DNA of 58,642 bases from an uncultured virus (IMG/VR IMGVR_UViG_3300008003_000324) (Duplodnaviria; Heunggongvirae; Uroviricota; Caudoviricetes). Under the pieces are notes generated by a model. It had not been told where the DNA came from, made no database searches, and saw only the letters and a list, made by a program, of their open reading frames with translations. Positions 17,869 through 28,196 of the stretch are shown here, one piece after another. A program made the position numbers and the translations under genes. Location of the stretch: IMG/VR virus record IMGVR_UViG_3300008003_000324; one strand, given 5' to 3'. The first letter of the stretch is position 1. Each line of letters starts with the position of its first letter.

Positions 17869-19287
17869 ATGGACGATTTAAAATTGTTAAATGAAAACTG
17901 GAATGAAGCGCGTTCCGCTCTCTTGGAAGGATTGGCTCCGAACAAGGCAGAAATGGTTGCACCGCTTCTAGAAAACCAAAAGAACTATATTCTTAAAGAA
18001 ACCGCATCCTTGGGTTCTACACAGGCCCATGACATCGCGAACTTCCGTAAGACCCTGTTGCCGATGATTCGAAGAATCATTCCGGGAACCATATGTTCTG
18101 AAATCGTAGGTGTTCAGCCTATGAGTGGACCGGTATCTTTGATTTATACCTTGAGATACAAGTACGCAGAAGAAATGACCGCGCCTGCAAACTTTGATGG
18201 AAATCCGTTTGGTGGATTTGATATTGGAGAAGGGGACGAAGCTTTCGGTAACGATAAGCCAATTCGTAGATTCTATGCTGGTTCTACCGGAACAGCTCAG
18301 CTTGCTGGGGCTTCTGGTATCGCTAACCCCAACGGCTCTGAGTCTGACATTGATGTTGGCCCGGCAACCGGTGAAGGTTGGGAATCTAGCCTTCGTCCGG
18401 GCGACGGAAATGATTACGACGTTGGTACCACTCTGTATGGTGAGCCGGTAGGTGGTTCTCTGCGCGGTGGTTCTGGTAGCTTCCTAGAAGGTTCCGGTGG
18501 TCGTAAGATGACCCTAGAGATCATCAACCAGACCGCTGAAGCTCGTACCAGAAAGCTACAGTCAGGATGGACCATTGAAGCCATGCAGGACATGCAGTCC
18601 CAGCACGGTCTAGACATCGAATCCGAACTAACCAAAGCATTGTCTGCTGAAATTGTTCAGGAAATCGACGCCGAAATCGTTGGTGACCTATTGGCTCTTG
18701 CGGGTACCGTCAGAACCTTTGATTATGATCAGACCGGTGGCACAACCTATGCACCTGCTTTTGCTGGTGACCGTTTTGCCAACCTAGGTGTTCGTATCAA
18801 TGAAGTGGCAAATGAAATCGCACGTAAGACTCGTCGTGGTGCAGGTAACTTTATTGTTGCTTCTCCAATGATCGTTTCGGTTCTACAGAGTGCATCCAAG
18901 GCAGTATTTGCTCCTGCGGTTGAAGGTTCCTTCCAAGGTCCTAACAACACTCAGTTGGTTGGTACTCTAAACGGACAAATCAAGGTTTACAGCTACCTAT
19001 GGAATCAGGCTCAGTCTGTTGATAGCTTGTCTCCGCCAGTGGGTGGCAGTGATCAGATTTTGGTTGGTTATAAGGGTGGTAACGGTGAAACTGATACCGG
19101 TTACTGGTATGCACCGTATATCCCACTGATGTCTTCTGGTGTCATCATGAACCCGGTCACGTTCCAGCCTGTAATGTCCCTCATGACCCGTTATGGTAAG
19201 GTTGTTCTTACGGACACCACTACCTCTCTGGGTAACAGTGCGGACTATTACGGTAAGATCAATGTCCAAAATCTAGACTTCATTTAA
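17869..19287 (+). CDS. gp23: major capsid protein (gp23-like)
   Basis: VGVQPMSGP, ARTRKL, EIARKTRRGAGNF, YAPYIPL, TRYG. Confidence 0.97.
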   Translation: MDDLKLLNENWNEARSALLEGLAPNKAEMVAPLLENQKNYILKETASLGSTQAHDIANFRKTLLPMIRRIIPGTICSEIVGVQPMSGPVSLIYTLRYKYAEEMTAPANFDGNPFGGFDIGEGDEAFGNDKPIRRFYAGSTGTAQLAGASGIANPNGSESDIDVGPATGEGWESSLRPGDGNDYDVGTTLYGEPVGGSLRGGSGSFLEGSGGRKMTLEIINQTAEARTRKLQSGWTIEAMQDMQSQHGLDIESELTKALSAEIVQEIDAEIVGDLLALAGTVRTFDYDQTGGTTYAPAFAGDRFANLGVRINEVANEIARKTRRGAGNFIVASPMIVSVLQSASKAVFAPAVEGSFQGPNNTQLVGTLNGQIKVYSYLWNQAQSVDSLSPPVGGSDQILVGYKGGNGETDTGYWYAPYIPLMSSGVIMNPVTFQPVMSLMTRYGKVVLTDTTTSLGNSADYYGKINVQNLDFI

Positions 19288-19302
19288 GTCTCAACACCCC
19301 CG

Positions 19303-19329
19303 AAAAGCCCCGCCCTGCGGGGCTTTTTT
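19303..19329 (+). terminator. intrinsic terminator after the major capsid gene
   Basis: AAAAGCCCCGC-cct-GCGGGGCTTTTTT. Confidence 0.9.
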
Positions 19330-19342
19330 ATAACCTCTAAGG

Positions 19343-19543
19343 ATGCATAGGTGGGCCTTCAGGAAAGACGCTTTGAAAGAAAAATTCTCCTCTAAATATG
19401 ATAGCAGTCTAACCGAATACCAAAACATGCTGGAATTAGGGTATGATAGAATTTGTGGTTGTGGTATATTGCGATATGAGATAGTCAATCAAGGACAAAT
19501 AAAACATGCTTACAATAAGACAAAAACACGAAAAAGCCCTTAA
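19343..19543 (+). pseudogene. C-terminal remnant of a Hef-like phage homing endonuclease
   Basis: HRWAFRK...LTEYQNMLELGYDRICGCG matches the family C-terminal pattern HRxxFxK...TExExM...GYxRIWDCG; no N-terminal part. Confidence 0.6.
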
Positions 19544-19793
19544 GGTTATTATGGAGACTGGTATTGATATTGAAGATGTAGCAAAAGTTGTATCTGAAAA
19601 TCAACAATTCACAGATGACGGCTGGTACATGGGTCCAAAAGAAAAAGTTTTGGGGGTTACAGGGAAGAATGGAAAGACTATTAAGTTGGTTCACGGTGGT
19701 AGTATCACGATGATACAGAGTCCCTGTCGTAGAAAAAAGAATATATCATGTGGTTTTTGGACGGGTTTACTCGTTGGAATTATTGGTTCTTAA
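19506..19793 (+). CDS. hypothetical protein with C-terminal hydrophobic anchor
   Basis: 95-aa ORF ending GFWTGLLVGIIGS. Confidence 0.55.
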   Translation: MLTIRQKHEKALKVIMETGIDIEDVAKVVSENQQFTDDGWYMGPKEKVLGVTGKNGKTIKLVHGGSITMIQSPCRRKKNISCGFWTGLLVGIIGS

Positions 19794-19873
19794 TTCTTGA
19801 GGACGGGAAGACAAAATTGTATCAGGTAAAAGGCAACAGATAAATATAGAAGAACAAGTTTGAAGGCACAATT

Positions 19874-20221
19874 TTGGATATAAAGAAGATTTCGTTTTCT
19901 GAGTATTTTGAAAGCAAAAAACAGCTTTTGGAAAAAGCCGAAGAAATACCTAGAATCTATTCGCATTACGAGATGAAAACTTACAAGAGGGTTCCCGTAA
20001 AAGAGTCTTATGACGATGATGATGAAAAAATTTATGTGAATCTAAAACCAAAAGATAGAATCAAAATATTGTGGGAATATGAGAATTTATATTACCCCAC
20101 TGCTAGAAATTTTGTGGTAATTACAGAAGACTGCCAAGAATACTATTTTCCTTGTTGGGGTAACAAAAAATTAATGCATTGGGTCATAACAAACACAAGA
20201 GAAATAGATGCACAGAAATGA
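19874..20221 (+). CDS. hypothetical protein
   Basis: ORF after a GATAAATA late-type promoter at 19839. Confidence 0.65.
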   Translation: MDIKKISFSEYFESKKQLLEKAEEIPRIYSHYEMKTYKRVPVKESYDDDDEKIYVNLKPKDRIKILWEYENLYYPTARNFVVITEDCQEYYFPCWGNKKLMHWVITNTREIDAQK

Positions 20222-20534
20222 ACCCCCCTACGGCGATTGTGAATATCAGTTACTAGTGAAAAAGTTGGAAAATTTTTGTGGGAAGATGCCTAGCAAGTTA
20301 TTGTTCGAAGAATTGTCCAAAGAGGTCAAAGAATACTCTATAAAACAATCGACAAATTTCTGGAATCAAGAGTCATCTAAAAGATTTGTGGATCACATAT
20401 CAGAATCAGAGAAGTGGAAAAATTCTTATTGTGCTACTCTTGTCATCGAAGCAGTTCTAACAGAACTATGTAGATCATATCCCAAAACAACGTTTAATCA
20501 TATATCACAAATTCTTCTAAAATTAACGATTTAG
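20208..20534 (+). CDS. hypothetical protein
   Basis: Overlapping ORF in the operon. Confidence 0.6.
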   Translation: MHRNEPPYGDCEYQLLVKKLENFCGKMPSKLLFEELSKEVKEYSIKQSTNFWNQESSKRFVDHISESEKWKNSYCATLVIEAVLTELCRSYPKTTFNHISQILLKLTI

Positions 20535-20594
20535 TCTTTTTTACGCTGCTCATAAAATAAATACATATGTTGAATTTTATGGGGGCGAATCAAC

Positions 20595-21302
20595 GTGCTT
20601 TCTTTTGCAGATATTATTAAAATGGCCCAAGAATACGGCCTAGAGACCATGGTGGGGATATTGTTGATGGGGGTAATTTACTTGTTTGCGAAAGGTCACG
20701 TTGATGTTTGGGCATTTAAGAAAAAACATCAAATTGAATCATCCAAAGCTTTTCCAGAAGAAGACTTTGACAGTATGATTGATGATATTCTCAAAAGTGA
20801 ATTTTTTCGAAACATAAAATTCAAAATCACGGTAGATATACCCGCTGAGCATTTTTCTGAGGATGCTACTTTGGATATGTTGTACAAGGATCTTCTCATA
20901 TGTCTTTACACTAGCTATCAAAACGTTCTTTATGAAAAAGTGTCAAAGATGAAAAAATCAGACACCGCAGGGATGTGGGTAAATTCTTTTCTTGAAATAA
21001 TATATTATACCATGGATGAGTTTGATAAATCCACTGAAAGAATGAACATTCCTCCAGAGATTGTTGCAGAGTTTACTTCATGGTTTTCTCCGTTTTTGCA
21101 TCAGATTTATAACTATGTCACAATTATTGATTTGTCTGAGCCGGGTTGCGTTGTTCGTAAAACAAAACTTTTTTTGCTAACATTAGAACTTATATTAGTC
21201 AATGCTACGGCACAAGCCCAGAAGTTTCAAGTGTTTGAAGGAAAGTTCAACGGCAAAGAATATAAAGGGAATACAATAGGCAATAAGATAGTCGACAGTT
21301 AA
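20595..21302 (+). CDS. single-pass membrane protein (holin-like topology possible)
   Basis: N-terminal TM segment MVGILLMGVIYLFA; late promoter at 20556. Confidence 0.5.
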   Translation: MLSFADIIKMAQEYGLETMVGILLMGVIYLFAKGHVDVWAFKKKHQIESSKAFPEEDFDSMIDDILKSEFFRNIKFKITVDIPAEHFSEDATLDMLYKDLLICLYTSYQNVLYEKVSKMKKSDTAGMWVNSFLEIIYYTMDEFDKSTERMNIPPEIVAEFTSWFSPFLHQIYNYVTIIDLSEPGCVVRKTKLFLLTLELILVNATAQAQKFQVFEGKFNGKEYKGNTIGNKIVDS

Positions 21303-21352
21303 ATCGTTCCAATCATCTTTATAAATACACTGTAGGCATAGAGAAAGGCTAG

Positions 21353-24300
21353 ATGTCCATTTTCAAATCATTCGCAGATTCACCGGATCAAATTAGACTA
21401 GAGGGTCAGGAAATAACCCTTAAGTATGTCAGAATTGATGATGAAACGGGGAAGCTCACTTGGAATATACCCCCGTCTATTGAAGGATGCAGTGGGGATG
21501 GTAAGTACGACGGAATTGTGCTAACAGTCAGTAGGGTTCCGGCGAATTACATCGGTTCTTCGCCCAAGGACGGTCAATATTACATTGGTGATTCTACCGT
21601 TGACCCGGACCTACATTCTGGTAGCAGGATAGAAGATGGGGTTATGGTTGTTGGTGCATTTTATAATGATAGAACAACAACAGAGTTGGAGGTTACCGGC
21701 CTTCAACCAAACACTGCATACTATTTTTCCGGGTATGCTGCAGATAATGTTGCAAGATACCATCGAGAGGGCGTTCATTCATATTCACTGCCGACGGGAA
21801 TTCAGGAAGGACCACACGATGATGCGACTCCGGCGAATCACACCATTGTACTGGACAACACCATCAGATTGACACAACCCACAGGACTAAACCCTAGCAA
21901 AACTTACAAGGTTCGTTTGAATGTCAATGATTGTGAGCACGAGATACAATTTCTTGGGGGAGAAGTATCAAACTACCAACAGTTGATAAACGTAATCAAC
22001 GAAAAGTTAATCTTGTTGGATTCGGACCTATACAAGTCTCCCGTTTTTCCGTTTATAAACACTATTTGGTTGGAAGATGGTGTTTATTATTTGTGGGACG
22101 GTGAGAACAAAATCAAGTTAGAGATAATTTATTCGGATGTTGCTCCCAACAATCTACCAATAGGAACTCTATGGTATGACACGGATGATGATAAATTATA
22201 CGAATACAACGGAGTTGGATTAAGCGCAGGAGCTTCATGGACCGAATTAGATTTTGTCAGTTACGGATTTGACATAACAGATCCGGATGATGGGACTATT
22301 TGGTTTGATTCTACGTCCGGCATCGCCAGAATTTGGAAGAATGGTATCTGGTGTGATCTAAATACCGTAGTTTCAACCAGAAATCCTTTGTTACCTGTTT
22401 GGATTGAAGGATTTGCCTACTGGTATAACACGGCAAGCGGGGAACTGACTAGATTAAATAAGGAAACCAGTCAGTGGGAGGAAATTCTCGCCATATACTT
22501 TGACAAGGACCCGGAAGATATTGATGTCGGGGACTACTGGTACGACGAAAATAACGAAACCGTATTTCAGTTGCAGTCCGGGTTAAATTGGGAAGAATCC
22601 ACGAATGTTTTCTTTGAAGATACGAACTCTAATATAGCCGGCAGACTTTCTTTTCGTTATGTGAAGGATGAATTCAACCTATACCGGTGGAACTCAGCAG
22701 ACGAGCTTTGGGACAGGATTCAGGTCATTAACAATGCTATTGATCCGAACGCCGATCCTGACGCTCCTGACGGTCTTCTAGGCGATTTTTGGTATGATAC
22801 AAATGACGAAATACTGTATGAGTTTAAGTCTTCTGGTTGGGTAGTCGTAGATAATGTAGTAATAGAAGAGACAAATTCACACATCTCGGAGCCATACGAT
22901 TTGAGATATGTGAAAGACGAGCAAGCCTTATTCCAATGGTCTTCTGTAACACTATCATGGGAAGAAGTTTCGGTTGCGAGTTTCCCCACCGACCCCAGAA
23001 ATAGAAGTTCATGTCAGTATTGGTGGAATTCCAGTCCTTCGGTTGACACACTGTTTTCGTGGGATTTTTTAAATTCTCGATGGGTGGAAGTCGACAATTT
23101 CTTCCAGCAGGAAAGCAATCCACTGGAGCCAGAAAAATTGCCGGAAGGTACAGTTTGGTTTAACCCGGAAACTGAGGTGTTGACCAGAATTCTTTCTGAA
23201 GCATGTGAAGAGCTTAAATTCATCAACGAAACTTTTAACCCGCTGGAACCACCACTCGGGCTATATTGGCTGTTTGATGATAAATTTTACATGTATTCAG
23301 AAAGTTTGCAGCAATGGATTTTGTTAGACGAACAACCTATTAGATCACCGACTGATCCGACTGACGTTGAGGCGGGTACATATTGGCTTAACACCATTAC
23401 AGATGAGCTATTTCAATGGGATGGGTCGTTCTGGGTTTTACAAGAAGTTGCTGAATCTGACCCCAAACCAGACGAAGGTTTTGTTTGGTACAACACTGCC
23501 GAGGAACAATTGTATTTGTGGAATGCAATTAGATGGGAAAAAACCACAGCATTTGCATATTTAGAATTTACAAAGGGAGAAGAATGTAACGACAAAGACA
23601 CATTTGTATTTAAAACTCGTGTGAGGGGATGTGATGCGGTAATTGAAGTTTTAGATGTAGTAGATAATGTATTTGGGGACCTTTCTGTCACTATAAGATA
23701 TAGAGAACCGGTTCCGGGGCAAGATATTCAAAGAGTCAAGCCCATGTACAAACAACTCGGCGTCGGGGACGATGGAAGTCCGGATGAACGTCGAGAACTA
23801 CACAGAAAGATTCGCGAGCTTCTCGGGTCTCCTTCCACGAAAGTTGAGTTATCGAAATCACAGATAGATATATGTATAGACAACGCGTTGAAAACATTGA
23901 GAAAGTATAGTGGTTATGCATATAAGAGAGGTTTTTTCTTCTTGAATATGAAGAGAAATCAACAAACTTATGAACTGAGCGATAAGTGCGTTGGTTTTAA
24001 TAAGATCGTAAAGGTTACAGCCACGTATCGTTTGAGGAGCGGTTTCCTCAAGGGCGCGTATTCCGGGTATGATATATATGGTTACGCCGCTTTAAAACAG
24101 TTGTATACCCTTGGCTCCTTTGATATTTTGAGTTTTCATCTGGTTTCATCTTTTATTGAAGAACTTGAAAATATTTTTGCTACCAGATTGACATTCCAAT
24201 GGAACGAGCAGACTAGAGAATTAAAAATGTACAACGCGATTTACGCAGATGAAAAAATATTGGTTGACGCCAGCGTAGAAAGAACAGAACAAGATTTAAT

Positions 24301-24544
24301 GGTTGACCGGAATACGACTATGTGGATTCAGAAATGGGCATTAGCAGAAGCCAAGATGATGCTATCTCAGGGTCGAGGAAAATTTCAATCTTTGCCGGGT
24401 CCTAACGGTAACACTGTGTTGAACGCACAGGAATTAATTACCCAGTCCGAAGCCGAGAAGGCTGGTTTGTTAGAAGAGTTAGAAGATATGTCAATGGCAG
24501 ATGCCAGTGAAGTTGGACAGCATGCTTACTTTATAATGGGATAA
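21353..24544 (+). CDS. gp13: neck protein (gp13-like) with large N-terminal FN3-like and Trp-repeat extension
   Basis: C-terminal 'IRELLGSPSTKVELSKSQIDICIDNAL...WIQKWALAEAKMML..GRGKF..LPGPNG..LNA'; TATAAATA at 21320. Confidence 0.8.
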   Translation: MSIFKSFADSPDQIRLEGQEITLKYVRIDDETGKLTWNIPPSIEGCSGDGKYDGIVLTVSRVPANYIGSSPKDGQYYIGDSTVDPDLHSGSRIEDGVMVVGAFYNDRTTTELEVTGLQPNTAYYFSGYAADNVARYHREGVHSYSLPTGIQEGPHDDATPANHTIVLDNTIRLTQPTGLNPSKTYKVRLNVNDCEHEIQFLGGEVSNYQQLINVINEKLILLDSDLYKSPVFPFINTIWLEDGVYYLWDGENKIKLEIIYSDVAPNNLPIGTLWYDTDDDKLYEYNGVGLSAGASWTELDFVSYGFDITDPDDGTIWFDSTSGIARIWKNGIWCDLNTVVSTRNPLLPVWIEGFAYWYNTASGELTRLNKETSQWEEILAIYFDKDPEDIDVGDYWYDENNETVFQLQSGLNWEESTNVFFEDTNSNIAGRLSFRYVKDEFNLYRWNSADELWDRIQVINNAIDPNADPDAPDGLLGDFWYDTNDEILYEFKSSGWVVVDNVVIEETNSHISEPYDLRYVKDEQALFQWSSVTLSWEEVSVASFPTDPRNRSSCQYWWNSSPSVDTLFSWDFLNSRWVEVDNFFQQESNPLEPEKLPEGTVWFNPETEVLTRILSEACEELKFINETFNPLEPPLGLYWLFDDKFYMYSESLQQWILLDEQPIRSPTDPTDVEAGTYWLNTITDELFQWDGSFWVLQEVAESDPKPDEGFVWYNTAEEQLYLWNAIRWEKTTAFAYLEFTKGEECNDKDTFVFKTRVRGCDAVIEVLDVVDNVFGDLSVTIRYREPVPGQDIQRVKPMYKQLGVGDDGSPDERRELHRKIRELLGSPSTKVELSKSQIDICIDNALKTLRKYSGYAYKRGFFFLNMKRNQQTYELSDKCVGFNKIVKVTATYRLRSGFLKGAYSGYDIYGYAALKQLYTLGSFDILSFHLVSSFIEELENIFATRLTFQWNEQTRELKMYNAIYADEKILVDASVERTEQDLMVDRNTTMWIQKWALAEAKMMLSQGRGKFQSLPGPNGNTVLNAQELITQSEAEKAGLLEELEDMSMADASEVGQHAYFIMG

Positions 24545-24545
24545 C

Positions 24546-26279
24546 ATGGAAGATAATAATATTTACGACTGCTATCCAGAAGAAAACTCTCCGGGCAATT
24601 GTCCAGATGGTGGTGTTGTTGGGCCCGATGAACCTATAAGGGGTGATAATGGTACCAACAACAGTTGTTCTCCGGGGGGCAACGTTCGAGGGTTACCATG
24701 TGTAGACACCGAACCGTGTTATCCGTGGCAATTGACAAATTTCGATGAGGAAGTCTGTGCCATAGACGGCTATGTTGAAGAATCTATCGCGATAGGCGGA
24801 GCGGTGGTCAACATCCATAAAATGCTGGGAATCTATGAACAGGAAAAGCTTGTTGATCAGACGGGAGTGGGCGAATCCATATCTGGCGGAGATCATCCAA
24901 ATTTTCCAGCAGACGACGCATTTAACAGATTCGACACGGAATGGAGATCTCTCCAAACGGGTCAAGATGTAGTTAGAAAAGCCTTTATAGGATACGATTT
25001 TGGGCCGATACGACTCGACAACGGGAGAATACGGTATGCTATCGAAACATACGTTAAACACAACATAGCCACGATTAGAATCAAGCAGGGTTGTAATTCT
25101 AAAAACAGAGTCACAAAAGTCCGAATCGAGAGGTCCCCAGACGGCGAGAAATGGTTTGGGGTATCACTGTTGAGCATTCCTGATTGTGACGGATACGTTA
25201 CTATACATTTCAAAGCGTCAGTGCCTTCTAGATATTGGAGAATACGCCCAGCAGCTTTTAATGGTGGCCCAGAAGATCACTGGGCAGTAAAAGCAGTACA
25301 ACTGTCCGAATACGAGAAAACTGATATAGAAAATATTCAGGATAAGATCTTTCTTGAAAATCGTGATCGACAGTACACTGAAGACCCTATAAGAATAAAA
25401 GGCACATACGCCCCTGTAGATTATGCGGGTTTCTTGGCAAAAATGGGATTTGGCTCTGGGTATTATAACGGAGAACAATATTTGTTTGAATTTTCTTTTA
25501 CTGCGTTGGTACGAGCTTTGGGTAGACCCATCGTTATAGGTGATATTCTGCAGTTGCCTAGTGAAACGTATTATGATGCTAAAATGCAACCTACACTGAA
25601 ATACCTCGAAGTGACTAACGTCTCATGGTCTTCTGCCGGATTTACCCCCCACTGGACCCCCACTATGATTCGTGTGGTAGCCGAACCTGCTATTGCTTCG
25701 CAAGAAACTCAGGGGATTTTCGGTAAACTTACAGAAGATAGGGATAATTTAGGTACAGTAGACACCAATGATGGAAACAAAAAGAAATACCAAGATGTTC
25801 ACGATATCGATCAGACCGTGGAAGCGGATGCAAATACACAGGTTCCACAGAGAGGTCAAGATTTTGCAAACAAACAGGTCCCTAGCAACGATCTTCGGGA
25901 GTGGATACAGAGAGAGCTTCCGAACGTTGATCCTACCAAACTGGACCCAATGATTTTTCGTTGGGGCATGGACGCAATACCACCGAACGGCGAAGATTAT
26001 ACCGAGGGAGACGGTTTTCCAAAAAACCCCAAGAATGGTGATTATCACAGGAAGACCTATAATGACATCGATAGAAATTTGGCACCTAGACTTTATCGAT
26101 ATTCTTCGAAGAAAAAGAGATGGTTGTATCTATCGACAGATGTTCGATATAAGCTCCGTCAGACCAAACCCGTACTTACAGACTTCTTGAACCCAGATTC
26201 CGAAGACGGTAGTATAGACCCCCGTGCAGATGTTGATAAGATTGAAGAAAAGATCAACAAGGACATAAACGGGAAATAA
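24546..26279 (+). CDS. gp14: neck/head-closure protein (gp14-like) with an inserted discoidin-like domain
   Basis: IQDKIFLENRDRQY, LGRPIVIGDILQLP; follows gp13. Confidence 0.7.
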   Translation: MEDNNIYDCYPEENSPGNCPDGGVVGPDEPIRGDNGTNNSCSPGGNVRGLPCVDTEPCYPWQLTNFDEEVCAIDGYVEESIAIGGAVVNIHKMLGIYEQEKLVDQTGVGESISGGDHPNFPADDAFNRFDTEWRSLQTGQDVVRKAFIGYDFGPIRLDNGRIRYAIETYVKHNIATIRIKQGCNSKNRVTKVRIERSPDGEKWFGVSLLSIPDCDGYVTIHFKASVPSRYWRIRPAAFNGGPEDHWAVKAVQLSEYEKTDIENIQDKIFLENRDRQYTEDPIRIKGTYAPVDYAGFLAKMGFGSGYYNGEQYLFEFSFTALVRALGRPIVIGDILQLPSETYYDAKMQPTLKYLEVTNVSWSSAGFTPHWTPTMIRVVAEPAIASQETQGIFGKLTEDRDNLGTVDTNDGNKKKYQDVHDIDQTVEADANTQVPQRGQDFANKQVPSNDLREWIQRELPNVDPTKLDPMIFRWGMDAIPPNGEDYTEGDGFPKNPKNGDYHRKTYNDIDRNLAPRLYRYSSKKKRWLYLSTDVRYKLRQTKPVLTDFLNPDSEDGSIDPRADVDKIEEKINKDINGK

Positions 26280-26285
26280 TATTTC

Positions 26286-26314
26286 TTTACTTTCATATCC
26301 CTAGACCCTATCAT
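26286..26314 (+). promoter_or_regulatory. sigma70-like promoter
   Basis: TTTACT-N17-TATCAT upstream of the helicase. Confidence 0.5.
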
Positions 26315-26357
26315 TCTGCCGTGGCTATATAGAGGAATATGTCAAGGACAGCAATGA

Positions 26358-27854
26358 ATGAATAATAAAAAACAACACCATATTATCAACAATTTGCTAA
26401 ACTCTCCAGAGCTTTTGGGGAGATGTATGGCGATCCTAAAATCTGAATATTTTGACCCAGAGTATATACCCCACGTTCAATTTTTGTTGGATTATCACCG
26501 AGAACACAACACTAATCCCACCATAAAATTGATGAATGCTGAGGCTGATGCTGAACAGGAATATGAAAAATATGCAGTACCAATGGATGAAATCGACCAT
26601 AGTGCGAAGGAAGTAGAATCTTTTTGTAAACAATGCGCTATGCGAGACGCGGTCAGCGAAAGTTTCCCCTTGATCCAGAAGGGAGACTTTGGTGCAGTGT
26701 ATAAAATGGTATCCGACGCACTAAACGTATCACTGGCCACCGACTTGGGGATTGACGTTTTTTCTAACCCGGAAGAACGTTTAAAAGAACTAGCCAAAAA
26801 TTTAAATCATATTTCGTGTGGCATTACAACATGGGATAATTTAATGGGTGGGGGAAATCTGCGCAAACAATTACAGATAGTATCCGCAAATTCCGGTGGA
26901 GGCAAATCTGTTTGTTTGAGCAACGTTGCCAACAATTATGTCCTCCAAGGTCTGGACGTTTTATACATATCTCTCGAATTGCCACCAGAGATGGTATTTT
27001 TGCGTCAATCGTACATAATGACAGCGTCATCTCATAGAGAGTGGAAATCGAGAATTTTTGAGATTGCTAAGAAGATGTCACATTTCAAAGAACTCGGTGC
27101 TGGCGATTTTAGAATAATTCGCTTACCGGGCGGTAGCAATTGTAATCAGTTTAGAGGTTATATCAAACAGTATGAAATCGAACACGGGAAACCACCTGAT
27201 GTATTAATTATTGACTACATGGATTTGATGTCCCCAATCTCTAAGATGCATGCCCAACGTGGGCTTTCTGAAGAAGACAAGGCAAAGTCCGAAGACATTT
27301 ATGAACTGCTTCATGCATATGACATGATTGGTTGGACAGCATCACAGCAGAATAGAGATGCTTTGAAAATGAATGAACCAAATCAATCCGTCATCGCTGG
27401 CGGTCTGTCAAAAATCAACATATGTGATAACTGGTTGTCTGTTTATATGTCTAGTGAAATGCGACTAGAAGGTGAAATGCTGACCTACGCCTTTAAAACT
27501 AGATGGTCTGATGGTGCAGGTAAGAAGGCATTGTTGGCATATGATTCGGAAACTCTAAGGATTTCTGATCACGGTTCGCCTAACAAATACGAAGACCTTC
27601 TTACTAAAATAAAGAAAAAGACGGAAGAAAAAACAGATAACGGTTCTAGTATGTTAGAAAAGCTTGTAGAGAAAGGTTACATTTCTCCTCCGTCTAAAGA
27701 ACGAACACAAGAAGACGAAATGGTGGAGAACCAGTTGGATGTGTTGAAACATCAACTAGTTGATTTCAAGGGAGAAGATTCAGAAGAAGCCTATCAATTG
27801 AAAAAAGAAATAGATGACGAGCTGGATTTGTTGGATTTTAGGAACGCAATTTGA
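26358..27854 (+). CDS. gp41: DnaB-like replicative helicase (gp41-like)
   Basis: SGGGKS, LYISLEL, IIDYMDLM, WTASQQNR, KTR. Confidence 0.92.
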   Translation: MNNKKQHHIINNLLNSPELLGRCMAILKSEYFDPEYIPHVQFLLDYHREHNTNPTIKLMNAEADAEQEYEKYAVPMDEIDHSAKEVESFCKQCAMRDAVSESFPLIQKGDFGAVYKMVSDALNVSLATDLGIDVFSNPEERLKELAKNLNHISCGITTWDNLMGGGNLRKQLQIVSANSGGGKSVCLSNVANNYVLQGLDVLYISLELPPEMVFLRQSYIMTASSHREWKSRIFEIAKKMSHFKELGAGDFRIIRLPGGSNCNQFRGYIKQYEIEHGKPPDVLIIDYMDLMSPISKMHAQRGLSEEDKAKSEDIYELLHAYDMIGWTASQQNRDALKMNEPNQSVIAGGLSKINICDNWLSVYMSSEMRLEGEMLTYAFKTRWSDGAGKKALLAYDSETLRISDHGSPNKYEDLLTKIKKKTEEKTDNGSSMLEKLVEKGYISPPSKERTQEDEMVENQLDVLKHQLVDFKGEDSEEAYQLKKEIDDELDLLDFRNAI

Positions 27855-27864
27855 GGAGAAAAGT

Positions 27865-28158
27865 ATGAGTAAGATAAAGATATCTAAAACACATTATTGG
27901 AAAACAGAAAATGGTCGGGTCATAAACCTAGATGACTTGCCCGGTAGCGTCAAACAACATATTGAAATTTTTGATGCAATTAGAAAAGATCTGACAGATA
28001 TAAAATATCAGGAACAGGTATATTCCCTCGCCCTCGCCACAAAGAAACAGCAGATAGAACAAATCATTGCTGCAATGATAAATGCACATACAAAGCAGGA
28101 AGAACAGACAAGAAATGTAGATATAAACGGTAACTTTTCTGGATCTGACGAACAGTAA
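27865..28158 (+). CDS. hypothetical protein
   Basis: GAGGAG RBS before ATG 27865. Confidence 0.65.
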   Translation: MSKIKISKTHYWKTENGRVINLDDLPGSVKQHIEIFDAIRKDLTDIKYQEQVYSLALATKKQQIEQIIAAMINAHTKQEEQTRNVDINGNFSGSDEQ

Positions 28159-28196
28159 CAACATAAATAGTCATTGAAACGAAACCAAGTATATCT

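Noticed and set aside
15625..19880. tRNA genes in the intergenic gaps
   Set aside because: No cloverleaf or T-loop GTTCRA pattern was found by eye; the hairpins are explained as terminators.
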